From contig OZ176053.1 of assembly GCA_964247055.1 (NCBI GenBank), positions 2,790,001-2,854,000 on the forward strand: a DNA stretch of 64,000 nt, given 5' to 3'. The notes under the pieces were generated by a model. The model was not told where the DNA came from. It was given only the letters and a program-made list of their open reading frames with translations, and searched no databases. Source of the DNA: Paragordius varius (lineage: Eukaryota; Animalia; Nematomorpha). The position numbers were made by a program, and so were the translations under genes. Positions 38,542 to 50,800 of the stretch are shown in pieces (the stretch's first letter is position 1; each line of letters opens with the position of its first letter).

Positions 38542-38636
38542 TAAATAAAGTATCAATAAATATGTAAACGATAAATTAATTTATTGACTAATTATAATCA
38601 ACATTAAAATCCCAATATTGTTGGTTGTTGGCTAAT

Positions 38637-41600
38637 TCACCATTTTCCGCCTTTCTTTTTTTTCTTTTTAATGGGTACATTCTTAGAAACGTTTCCAACC
38701 AGAGGTGCTTTGTTACTTTCAAGACCTTGTTTACCATCATTTTGGTTTAAAGCGCTAAAATATGATTAACATATATATAATTAATATTTACATCATTTAA
38801 TTTTAAAATCATATCTATGCACAAATTTTTAAATACTTTTCTTCTTCTTGACTTGGAACTGCACCCTGTGTACCTTTGTCTAAAAAGCAGAAAAAATAGA
38901 TTAAAAAAAGACATTAAACTAAAAGAAAAATATTTATTTGAAGAAAATCATATTTTATTTATTTTTTAATGATCGACCACTCTTAGTATTATAAATCAAG
39001 ATTGCTACATAGTAAAAAAGTATTGTTTTTATATAAAATATTTGTATTTAACGTTTTCTTTTTATTAATTTATACCAGAAATGATGGTAATAATATATAA
39101 AACAGGTTGATATTTCCCTGATTCAAGTTCTACAATATATTTTCATAAAACGATAACGTAAAAAATAGTTTAGGCTTCAAAGATTTTTTTGCAAAAATAT
39201 ATTTTAATTCCAGTGTTTTGGCCATAAAATAGTTTAATTACACTGCTCAACAAGGTTTTGCACCACCCCATTATTTTGCATTTTCTGATACCTATTGGCA
39301 TGGAAAGGCCAAAACAAAAAAGAAATTTGAGGCCACCAATAAGATTTTTCCAAAATTTAATTTTTAAATTTGTATTTAATTCAAAAATAACAATCATTCC
39401 TCGTGTACATATGTTTAAATATTCAAACAAGCAAGTCGATACAAGTAATATTCCATGCATGGATAACAAATTCTAGGCATTAAATAAGATACTAAACAAG
39501 CTAAGAGCCAAAGTATTAAAAATCTAAAAGGGGCTTATGTATAGTGTGATAGATCCGGGCGGCTGCACAAGCTCTGCATATCCCCCAAGCGATCCTATAA
39601 TTATGCCAGATATGGCAAAGATAACAATAAGTAATCGTAAAGTCCGATAAGAGAGACTTGCAAGCAAAACCGTGGCAAATTGACATGTCAAACCAATTTA
39701 CAGAATAAAGTTAGATAAATTCTACAATTAAATTGAATATAAATTAGGTAAATACAAATGGTCCAACCCCATAATAGTAAATTCTACTAAAAGTGGCTAC
39801 ACAACATCCATCTGAAATTCAAAATACAAAACAACCATTAATTTTAAAAAAATAAGGTATATCCACTAGGTATAAATAAAGGATTTTTTATAAGAACCAA
39901 CTCAAGAGAAAAAGTTTAATAAGTACTCGAAAGAACGAAATCTAACAAAAAAAATATAGCCTATCTGAAAGCCGAAGGTTTAAACCATAGAATGCCTTAT
40001 TTAGTATTTTTTTAAAAATTTTTTATATGTAAAAATTCACTTGAAAAAAAAAGACTAAATTTTGACGTTTAAGTCCGTACTATTTTTTTCTCTCTGATAT
40101 TTAAATGACATATTTATATTCAAAAGATAGAGTTTAAAATGCTTTATTAAATGATATTAAGTTTATAATATAATAACATTTCATTATAAAGTTATATTTA
40201 ATTTTCTCTCGATTTTCTCTTGTTTTTGAAAAATTGAAAAACCTATAAAATAAAATTCTGATTGGCGGGATCAAAATTTTTTTAAAATTCGGTTTTAAAA
40301 CACTGAAATTAGTCATAATTTAAAAAGTTTGAGTGGTGGTGCTTATAAATGTCCAAATTTGTCGACTAGTGTTATATTTTTTTTAGTTGCATGTAATAAT
40401 TGTGTATTTTTAAGAAAATATTTAAATTATACGGACTAACAAAATATAATCTATATATTTACAAAAATGGAAAATGCTGGCTTTGTGATTTTCCGGTAAA
40501 CCGGTAGACGCATTCAAATCCAAATGTCGAAAAAATATAATTATTAATGAATGCCCCGACAATAGCTTCGCCCTTTTTTGAATTAGGCCCCCAGTTAGGG
40601 CCCACCCCGTGTAAAAAACGGGTTTTTTTGAAAACAGAAGTCCACAAAAATCGTGTCTTTGAGACAATTTTCCGGAGAACGTGTTGGACCATTCAATTTC
40701 AAATATGATTTTTGTTTAGTTATTTTGGATTGCGCCGAACATAGTCGTCACGCTTTTTTAATTTAAGCCCTCTTTTTACCCGCTCTCCCCGTAAAAGCCA
40801 TTTTTTCAAAAAAAGTCCACAAGTAAACAATATTTTAGTATGAATGCCCCGTTTTGAAATTCCTATGAGATCATAGCTATTAAATAATGTTTCGAAATAA
40901 TCCACATATGTGGATCATTTTATTGTCCCTTTTTTGAAAAAGCTCCCCCCTCCCCCAGAAGTCCGAAGACTTCCTTGGGCTGCATAGCAGCTAAAGATTT
41001 ACGCTAGTAACAAATATTTTTTTCCAAATACAACCATATTTTGTTCCTTAATTTTTCCTATATAAACTTAATTAAAATTGTAAAATAATGGATTGTGTTA
41101 CCAATGTACATCTCTATTCTTTACTTTCCACTTTCAAACAATGAGTTTTATTTAATATATCAAGTTTTAAAAGTATGATTATCTTTTAGAAAAAAATATT
41201 TGTCTTTATATTTTTACGTTTGTCCTTATAAATTCAATTTTTACTGTAATTAATTTCGATTTGTGAATTAATAGATACAAAAAAATAAAAAACTAAAATA
41301 ATATTTGATAATTTTTAAATTAAATGCATACTGATATCATCCTTGCCTTTGTTTCCCTTCTTTTTCCCTTTGCCTCTTTTTATTGCGGTGTTGATGTTGG
41401 CTAATTATGATTTTGTCAAAAAATTAAATTTATACTTAAAATGTTAATGTACAGTAAAAATCTAACATATAATGATAAAATTTAAAAATTAAAAGGACAA
41501 TATTATTAAAGAACAGCGGACAGCCATACCTTTTTTTCTATATAACCGCAATCCTTACAATTGTAAACTGTAAACCATAGTTTATTAATAAAATAAGTTA

Positions 41601-44600
41601 GAATGCGTATGAAATAAAAGAAGAATTTTAATTTTCGACTTTTACTGAAAAGTCTTTATCAAAAAAAACTCAATTTTGCTGTAAAACCATAGGTTGCCTT
41701 AACAAAAACAGGGTTTAATAAGTATGATGATGGCTGCTGTTTTTTTTGTTAAAAAATAATTTGTCCTATAGAGAATATTTAGTTTTTGTCATTTTTTACT
41801 GCATATTCACAAAGTCAAACAACAATAAACTAACTATTATTGCTGGTGCGTAAATGTCGGGGTAACCAGCGCTCAGGATCAATTCCTCTCTCCATGGATG
41901 AACCTGCTGCTTCATAAGTATAAGGTTGATTGGTTTCGAACATTTCGCCTTTTGCCATTTTTTTAGCAGTTATATGGGCTAAGCGTCGCCTTTTATTCCG
42001 TGCATTTCTTTGGACCCTATAATGCTGACTGTGATGCGTACCTTTAGTGTTGGCTGCTTTAACAACATTAACCAAAACATCGGTTTGACCGGTCGAAACG
42101 GTTTCTTGAGCCGGCGGTTTTCTAGTAAGGGGAAAATAAATTTTTTGATTACATCTATATATGTTTATAAAAGGATGTTTTTGAATAGATTTATGAATTA
42201 AAAGAATAATTTTCCTTTTTTAATACCGACCGATGCAAAATATAAACCATTATATGAATATTTGATAAAGGGCAAAATGACAAATTTCTTGAAATTTTGT
42301 AATGTCATTAACAGCCAAAACCTCATTAAATCATTCTTAAATTTTATATATAGCAAAAAATATTACCTTTCAGTTTTCTTTTTAGGAACATAAGACCTAA
42401 ACACTTTTTCCTTATAACTATCTATGATATGACTCGCTTCAGTTTCCCCAATTTCTACAACATTCTTTGATGACTTTTGTTCAGCGCCCTTTTCAGTAAG
42501 GAAGGAAAGGTATCTAATATAATGGGAAGTACTCATTTAGCAGAAAAAATCTAATATTTTTAACATACTTTGTACTGTAAAATTTAAAAAATATAATAGG
42601 TTATTAGAAAAACTAAGGTACCTAAATATGTAATATAAAATTTTTTATTATTTTTAATTTATGTCTTTATAATTTTAGATTTTATTTAAAAATTATGGTG
42701 GGACTATATTTAAAATACTTTTCACTCCGTTCATCATTTGACATTTTACAAAGTTTATAGAGGATAAGCGAAAAATCTCTCCTTGTATTCTGATCCATTT
42801 CACTAAAGAGAAATGATATAAACTAATTGGTATTTATCTTTAATATTTCTAAATACAGTTGTCATGAACTGATAATGAGTTTTTAATATAGAGGTTAACC
42901 AATTACAGTATGAGTAAGTATATATTGCTAGAAGTTATTAATTATTGCCAAAAAGCATATGCAGCAAAGAGAATTATGATTGGCTAATACTAGTAAAGAG
43001 TGAAAATAACAACTATAAGCCAATAATAATGACTTGTGTTATATATGTTATTTAACAATAATTAATAACTTTCTAGCAGAGTATACTTATTCATACTGTA
43101 CTTCATTATCATATATTGTTTGATCTACAATAAGTATTAAATATAAACGTTTTAAAGTTAAAAGTAACTTCCCAGTAATTTATGTGATTTAAGCTTTCAT
43201 AATAACTCAAAAACAATATAAAACATTTTACAAATTATTTTCAGAATAATATTAAAATATATTGAATATTATTGTGGATAAAACAGAAAATCCATGTAAA
43301 TTTGATCTCTTAAATTTCAATATTTCCCCGCATACGGTGTCATAAAAAAATTTACAGTAAAAAAATAAAAATGTGTAAACACAGTAAATCCCAAAATATA
43401 TGGCTAAAAATTAAAATAACCTTGTAAGAATTTCAATGCTATCTATGATATTTTTCATAAACAAATGAAAGGGTTGATCTGCGGAATTTGTATTTTTGTC
43501 ACCTAATTTTCGGACAATTGAATATGCATCCATAATCGTTGACCAGAGTTTAATCATGTAATATTTGTACAAAGCATTATTCTAGATGAAATATAAATTT
43601 TATATAGATTTTTATTTTTTTTCAATCAAAATTTGCAAATATGTGGAAAATAAATACTAAATCTTTATAAAATAAAACAAAAAGGTTAAATTAATAGTTT
43701 TCATATAATTATTCTATCTTTTATCTTCCTTTTATTTTAAAATTTGATTATACCCTATTCTGGAAGGCTGATAGAAAAGCTTTAAGATATATGTTGGCAA
43801 TCTCAATCGATTGTATTATTGCATCTCCGTTAATCTTTTTAGATTTTTTGACTAATAAATTTTCATTGATAGGTTGTGGAGTTTTACGAGGGCTGTCTTC
43901 TTTCATGAAATTTTTTGATTCTTTGCATAACCAAACCATATTTTCCACCTTTGTGCGATTTAATTTCAAAAATTATGATTTTATATTTAATTGTCAAAAA
44001 ATTACGTTTCGATATAATATTAATTTGGATTTGGTACTTTTAAAATAATTTATTGAGAAAGAGATTTATTGATAAAATCTACTTAAATATATCTTTGAGA
44101 TACATTATTTAAACATGAAAACTAAATACCATCTTTGGATTGGTATAGTAATTAGGTTGTGACTGCAAGTAATCCTTTGATTCATTAAAACGTTCTAAAA
44201 TAATTAATTTAAAAAAATATTTTAAAATAATTAATATAAAAAATATTATTTGGCATTCATTAAAAAAGTGGTCAATTGTATTCTTGTGTTAAAACATATT
44301 TATACTTGTTCATTTTAAAAAATATTTAGAATTTGTTATTAATCTTGGTCTATATTTCATAACAGTCATGACATATTTTAGCTAAAAAAGCATTTATGTC
44401 ATATTGCTTAAGATAAGCCACAAAGTAAGGAAGTGATTTGACAAGATATTATTAAAATAAAGTCACTAAACATGTCTTTCTTTTAACATTCCATTTAAAA
44501 CAGTAGATAAAAATTAATTTAGGCTCAATGAAAGATTATTTATTAAAGTAGAGGTCAAATTCCAAAAAATAGGTAAATATAATGTAATAATAATCTAACT

Positions 44601-47600
44601 CAATTTCACAAGAAGTTTTAGTTTTAGAGCAAACAGTTCGGGATTTAAAATATCTTTTTGTGTTCCTTCCATAATCTAAATTGTGTTATAAAAAATGAAA
44701 TAAAAAAATAATTCATTTCAATATATGGTGTGTAAGATATTTTTTTTAAGATATATAATTAACATTAAAAATTGATATTAACGGACAAAACATAAAATTA
44801 TAAAGATAAACATTATAAACGACAACCATACTTTTTAAATTTTCATTTTTTAAATATATTATTAAAAAAGCAAAATGCGAAGTAGATATATATATATATA
44901 TATATAACTTAAACAATCAATTTGATATTTTACCACCGTAATTATATAGCTTATAGAGGAAAAAATAAGGTATGAAATAGTATGGTTGTCTTTTGAAAAA
45001 AATATTTGTTTTTATATTTTTCCGTTTTGTCCGTATAATATCACTTTATAAGCATTTAAAATTGTGAAGGCAAAACAAACCATAGGAAAAATAATTTTTA
45101 GGGAAATACAGCCATTTTTATATTTATAAGTCTAATTTTGATATAAAAGATTGTTTTGGTGTTACAAAATAGGGCATAGAGATGTAAATTAATAACACAT
45201 CCTCATAATTTATTCACAACTATAAAAATTTGGTTTGTAAATAAAAAATGGTTACTTTTTTTAAAAATAATCGTTTTTGATTTTCTTGTCTATTAAAATC
45301 GAATTTTTAGTTTTAAAACTTATTTAAATACTGTTGTACTACTTTAATGATATCCAAAGCTTCCGTATATTTTTTAGATTGACATAATAGAGCAATGGTT
45401 AAAAGATTAATATCTAGTTCCTCTTGAACATTCAGTGGATTAAATTTGGTTTTATAGTTTTCGATGCCGTGCTTTGCAGAATCAATCTATAAATATTTAG
45501 AGATATTTCTTAATAATTGAATAAAGTATAAAAAACTATGATATATATTTTTTCATTACATAAATATTTATATACCATTTACAATTTAAATTCCCGCTTG
45601 AACAATTCAAATTCACCCTAATAATAAATTATGTGTATTTAGGCTAATATAACTAATCATTCATATAAAATATATTTTTACGGCATATTTTATTATTTTT
45701 TCAGCATTATATAAAAATTTTAAACAGAATTTTATTTAAAAATATTAATAAAAGTAATATTTAATATTAAAAATACACATAATTTATTTAAAGTGTGAAT
45801 TTGAACTCTAAATGGTATATTATATTTTTCATATTCGTTCGTATGAATATATACATTCTCTTCAACAAAATTAAATTCAAATTTACATCAAAAATAAACT
45901 TTTTAAAATATTAATACTTTTTTAAGAAAAAAGTTATTTGAAAATCTTTCAAAGTATTCATACCTGATTCAATTTAATGTTACATATAATGAGATTGGAA
46001 TAAAGATCTTTGTATTGATTAAGGGATAATTGCTTTTTAGCGTCATCTGACTTGACAAAATCCTCCAATCGTTTAATCCAATTTTTGAGCTCATTTTTAT
46101 TGTCACCCAAATTACCCTAAAAAGACAATGTAATAAGATAAATAATTAATAATTACAAAATAATTTTTTAATTTGAGTACAATAAAGAAAAATTTATAAT
46201 AATCATTTTGTTATAAAAATGTTTTTTATATTAAAGATTCAAAAAGTGTTCCCCCTAAAAATGGGTATAAATGAAAAGTCACTGTTTTTTTCATAACAAA
46301 ACAATTTTTAACCTAATAAGCTATAATTTATAAGAATATTACTTTATTGATCCATGCATTAAAGTGTAAAAGTATCTTATTCGCTGGTTCTATATGCTCA
46401 TTTCTATGTTAAAAAAAGGAAACAATAATTAACAAGAAAAAATGTCACGAGTGAAATAAATTATAATTTGTTCAAATATATAAAATTGTTTGACCCTTCA
46501 TAATTATTATTATTATTATTATTAAGATTCATTATTATATAAAAGTGTTTGAAAAAATGTTAATAAATAATGTAAAACACACTATTTTAATAAACATAAT
46601 TTATTTGAATATAAAGACTAATCTAAAAATAATATAACATGTTTAATTTAAAGCCTATAAAAAAAATTTTATGAAAAAAATTATTACTTTAAAAGCTGCT
46701 GATAAATTTCCATTGATTTTTCATTATCAACCTGTTTATCACTAATCTGCAATGCATAAGCCATCTGACCCCTGGAAAAAGAGTTATATTAATATATGCC
46801 ACAAAATCTTATGGTTACAATTAGAACACAACTATAACCCTAAAAATAAATCAATAACTTTTAAATTAGGTATAAAAACAGAGCTATAAAATTTCACTAA
46901 CACTTCATTAAAAACTGAATTTTCAAATTTTGATAAAAAACTACCTTAGTGCAAATCGTTCTTCAGCCCATGACTCATCATTACCAATTAATTCTAATGT
47001 GAAAGCAATATTTAAGTTATAAATCAATTTTTTTGAATAAAATAATTATAAAATCCATTACTTTCAGCAGTTTGTAAATGTTTAAGAGCACTGGTGACAT
47101 TTTTAGTGTTAATTTGCAAAAGTAGTGTTGCCAAATTAAATAGGGCATCATATGAATCAAAAGTTAATTTTTTAGTTTCAAACATCTAAATTCGTTAAAG
47201 GATTCTAAAATACCTGTAAATTATCTGGATTCTTTGTGTCGTAAAATAGACTTGCCATTAAATTACAGCATCTTTCATCTTTATAAAAATCCTAGCATAG
47301 CATGGATAATAAAATTAATAAACTTACAGAATGACTCATTATATCGAAATATAATTTGGTACAATGCCCATAATCTTCTAATTTATATAACTAATATTGT
47401 CATCTAAAAATACTAATTGTCCTTTCATATCTTGATGTTCGATATTAACATCCTTTAGAGCTTTTAACATTTCTAAGGCTTCCTTAACTTTATCCATTTT
47501 AAATTGACAATAAGCCTTTTCTAAACGATATGATCTAAAAATAAAATATATTACTAACTTGAAATTATTTTGATTAAGAGCAGTAAGCGCATCATTGTAA

Positions 47601-47770
47601 TTTCCATTCAAAATAAGACAATAAATTTTAATTAAAATCGCTTCATTAATCTCAGTATCATTGTCTAAAAGAGTATAATTAATTAGATAAATACTATTCA
47701 AGATTTTTAATGCTTTAACATAATCATTATTTTCCACGCAATCCTGTACAGATATTATTTCTGAAGCCAT
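38637..47770 (-). CDS. SRP72: Signal recognition particle subunit SRP72, 767 aa predicted, 21 exons
   Basis: Exons (minus strand): 47770-47695, 47664-47559, 47534-47414, 47390-47328, 47291-47214, 47185-47062, 46993-46945, 46771-46688, 46403-46343, 46116-45964, 45486-45343, 44675-44600, 44194-44130, 43948-43754, 43581-43421, 42802-42719, 42513-42367, 42121-41835, 41400-41332, 38879-38837, 38754-38637 (2304 nt, phases consistent). Motifs: LEKAYCQF, GQL|LYKLE, DERCCNLMA, GQMAYALQ, DPERWLP, KGTQG, C-terminal KKKKKKGGKW*. The middle exons (12-17) are less certain. Confidence 0.9.
40450..41007 (+). mobile_element. Non-autonomous Helitron, copy 2, in SRP72 intron 19
   Basis: A|TCTATATATTT start and CTAG|T end, terminal hairpins, colinear similarity to 17545-18141. 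A small internal fragment also occurs near 51660-51700. Confidence 0.8.
42906..43098. mobile_element. MITE family A, in an SRP72 intron
   Basis: TA|CAGTATGAGTAAGTATA ... TATACTTATTCATACTG|TA. Confidence 0.9.
45573..45817. mobile_element. Foldback-like family, short copy
   Basis: TACCATTTACA ... TAAATGGTA ends with one CTTGAACAATTCAAATTCACC unit. Confidence 0.75.
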
Positions 47771-47871
47771 GTGGAATGCGATATGGTTAACAGTCAAATA
47801 TGTTTACATTCATATTCAAATAAGTTATTTTTTTCAAAAGTAAATGATTTTTTAAATTTTTTATTGTCCAT
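47771..47871. promoter_or_regulatory. Putative bidirectional promoter and 5' UTRs shared by SRP72 and SLC2A13
   Basis: Only 101 bp separate the two divergent start codons (47770 minus, 47872 plus). Function is inferred from position only. Confidence 0.55.
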
Positions 47872-50800
47872 ATGAACCAAAATGATAATATTAATCAAAC
47901 GCAAGACCTTTCTAATGTAAGATCTTACAATGAGCAAGATTATTTGTTGGATAATGGGCGAAGAATTCCCAAAATCGTTTATTTCATTGCAATATTTTCG
48001 GCAATCGGTGGATTTCTATTTGGTTATGATACTGGTGTCATATCTGGGGCTATGTTATTACTTAAAGATCATTTTAATTTATCAACCATGTGGCAAGAAG
48101 CGATTGTTAGCGCAACCATTGCGTCTGCTATATTATTTGCGTTATTAGGTTTTAGATATTTTTTAAAGTATCTAAATTAACTTTTAAACTTATTATCACG
48201 CATAATTTTTTTATTTTAGGTGGTTATCTAGCCGATTTGATTGGGAGAAAATGGACGATTCTAGCAGCAAGTCTCATATTCACCCTCGGTTCCATAAGTC
48301 TGGCGACATCTTTAACCAAAGCCTCTTTGCTAACTGGTCGAACTATTCTTGGTTTTGGAATAGGTAAACAGTAATTTATTGCATAAAAAACTTTAAACAT
48401 ATTTTTTTGATGTAAATCAGGGGTGTCCAACACGAAAGGCTTCGCGGGCCGTATTTTAGGCACAAAAAATCCGGCGTATTTGAAATTATATGGGCATTCA
48501 TAATTATATATTTCATACATAAATCTGATGCAAAGATAAAATAACAATTTTTCTTTAGTTTTTTTTTACTTTTTGCCAGGATGGATTTTTTGAAAATTTT
48601 AGCAAAAATATCAATTTTTCCAAGATTTTATGGGTATATCGTTAAAAATTAAATTTCTGAATTGTTCGCGGGCCGAGTGTTTGACACTCCGGTTCAAAAT
48701 ATAAAATTTTAACTTTTAATTATTTATAAGGTTTGGCCTCAATGTCAATACCCATGTATATTGCTGAGATGTCTCCCCCTGAGCTCAGGGGTCGCCTTGT
48801 AACTTTTAACAATGTTTTTGTCACCGGTGGTCAATTTATAGCAAGCCTAATAGATGGCATATTTAGTTATGATCGTATAAACGGATGGAGGTATATTGTC
48901 GCATTAGTTTGATAATTTTGAATTAACCACACTTGTTTTTGATTTTTTCCATATTTCGAAAGTGTGTTTGATAAATATATTTATTTTAAATTTTTACGTA
49001 GCATTTCAATTTTCTTATGAGTGAGACAGATATAATTATATCATTACTTTTTTATGACATGTTGGTGTTTGACTTTATGTCTCTGCGTTATGTCACATAA
49101 TGCTATCTATATACTTACATCTTTGTAAGGTCAAACTTTTCATTGAATAAAACAAACATTTTGGAATTCAATTTTATTCTTCATTCTGCAAGTTTCTTTT
49201 AATAACATAACATAAAATAACATAATTTAATAATTTCTAAATAATCCCATTTTATGGTTAAAGGATGACCATGACTTTGAAAAAAGAGAGAGAGGGAGAT
49301 GCTATATATTGATGTAATTTAGTCAATATGTTTCCTTACAGTAGCGTATGGCATAAAACCATATTAGTCCATAAAAGAATAAAAAAATGTTTTTTTAAAA
49401 AAAAACAAGGGGATATTATGGATACGTGTATATACAACTAGGCTTGTTAATAAAAATTTTATTCTTTTATGGACTAATAATGTTTTAAGCCATACGCTAC
49501 TGTATAATATCTATTGAGTGTACAAGAGACGAAACGTCTCTCTACCAGATAAAAACTAATTATTATTCTATAAATAATATAATGAAGATTAATTTGTTTT
49601 ACGCCTTCCTATGTATGGTAGGTAAATTTTTCCTTCCGTATGCAAAAAAAGGAATTTACGTGTTTTAAAATATTTTTATACCCCCTTTCTGGTGACAACA
49701 TTTTTTGGTGACAAAAAAAGTCATAATAATTAATATCGATTTTAGTTGGTGTGGATGATATATCTTTATATTTAGCCCAATAATATGTTATTTTAAAATT
49801 AACCCCTATTTAGTCGAAATAAATTATAAACCAAACAGGAGAATGAAGGTGGCGTGTGTTCCAAAAGAAACCCTTGAACCTAATTATTTTAGCACTATAC
49901 TTTTTTGCCTAATATTTTTAATTAGCCTTGAAATATAAAAAATAAGTATAAGTAAATATTGGGTGTTTAATTAATTTGGTAAATAGTAGAATTAATAAAG
50001 ACAAGTAATTCATTGCATTTTTGTTTAAATTTTTTAGCGCGTATAAAAAAGCTACCGTACTATTAGGTCTTTTTTTCTAAGGCAGGGATGTCCTACATAC
50101 GTAGCTCTCCAAAATATTTTTGTAGCCCTCGATTTAAAATAATAAATATAATGAAATCTAAGTAAAATTAATTTTTTTACACAAATTTTTCTGATATTCT
50201 TCCCCCAATTTTGGCAATGAATTTGCAAATTTTGTTGACTAAATAGTAGTTTTTAAAAGTCTTATCTTAGAAAGTTAATAAAATATATATTAATTCCCAT
50301 ATATATTTTGCGAATACGCCCCGAATTTAAAAAAACATTTTATTGTTAGGCATTAAAACTTTAAACCAGGGTTCCCAATGAAAAGTAATTAGTGGTATTC
50401 TAAGATAACAATCCCTATATAAAAAGATTTAGGTTATAAAATATACATACAATAGCTTATGACAAACAATATTAAAATTTTTTAAAAAAAACAACCCTAG
50501 TTTATATAGACATATCCATAATATCCCTTAGTTTTTTTTAACACAAAAAACATTCTATTCTTTTATGGACTAATATTGTTTTGTGCCATACGCTACTGTA
50601 TATGTATATATTAGTTAGCTTGTAAATTAAAAATCTCTTTTTATAAAAAATCATGAAATATAAAATCGCTTATCTTTTCCAATATGTTTTTCAACGTTTA
50701 AAAATCAATATGGCTGCTACGCTTCCCTTTATTCACCTGGTATGGGTTTATCTAAGGAACGAAAACATCCCATGTATGCAATATTTATTAGAATTTATAT

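Noticed and set aside
38815-38836. 22-nt micro-intron at the SRP72 3' end
   Set aside because: It would end the protein at YDFKIK*. The 82-nt intron to 38755 restores the conserved KKKKGGKW* terminus.
42803-42823. 21-nt micro-intron in SRP72
   Set aside because: Phases fit only if 42803 is the acceptor of the 618-nt intron; the upstream mini-exon would lead into a stop.
44290-44480. Candidate SRP72 exon (KYRPRLIT-like)
   Set aside because: All frames hit stops with no usable donor; the 44194-44130 exon gives the better homology and the correct phases.
48224-48547. 107-aa minus-strand ORF
   Set aside because: Antisense to SLC2A13 exon 2 plus an intronic MITE; no independent support.
49040-49220. 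Solo LTR
   Set aside because: Has an AATAAA and TG/CA-like words, but no defined boundaries, TSD or second copy.
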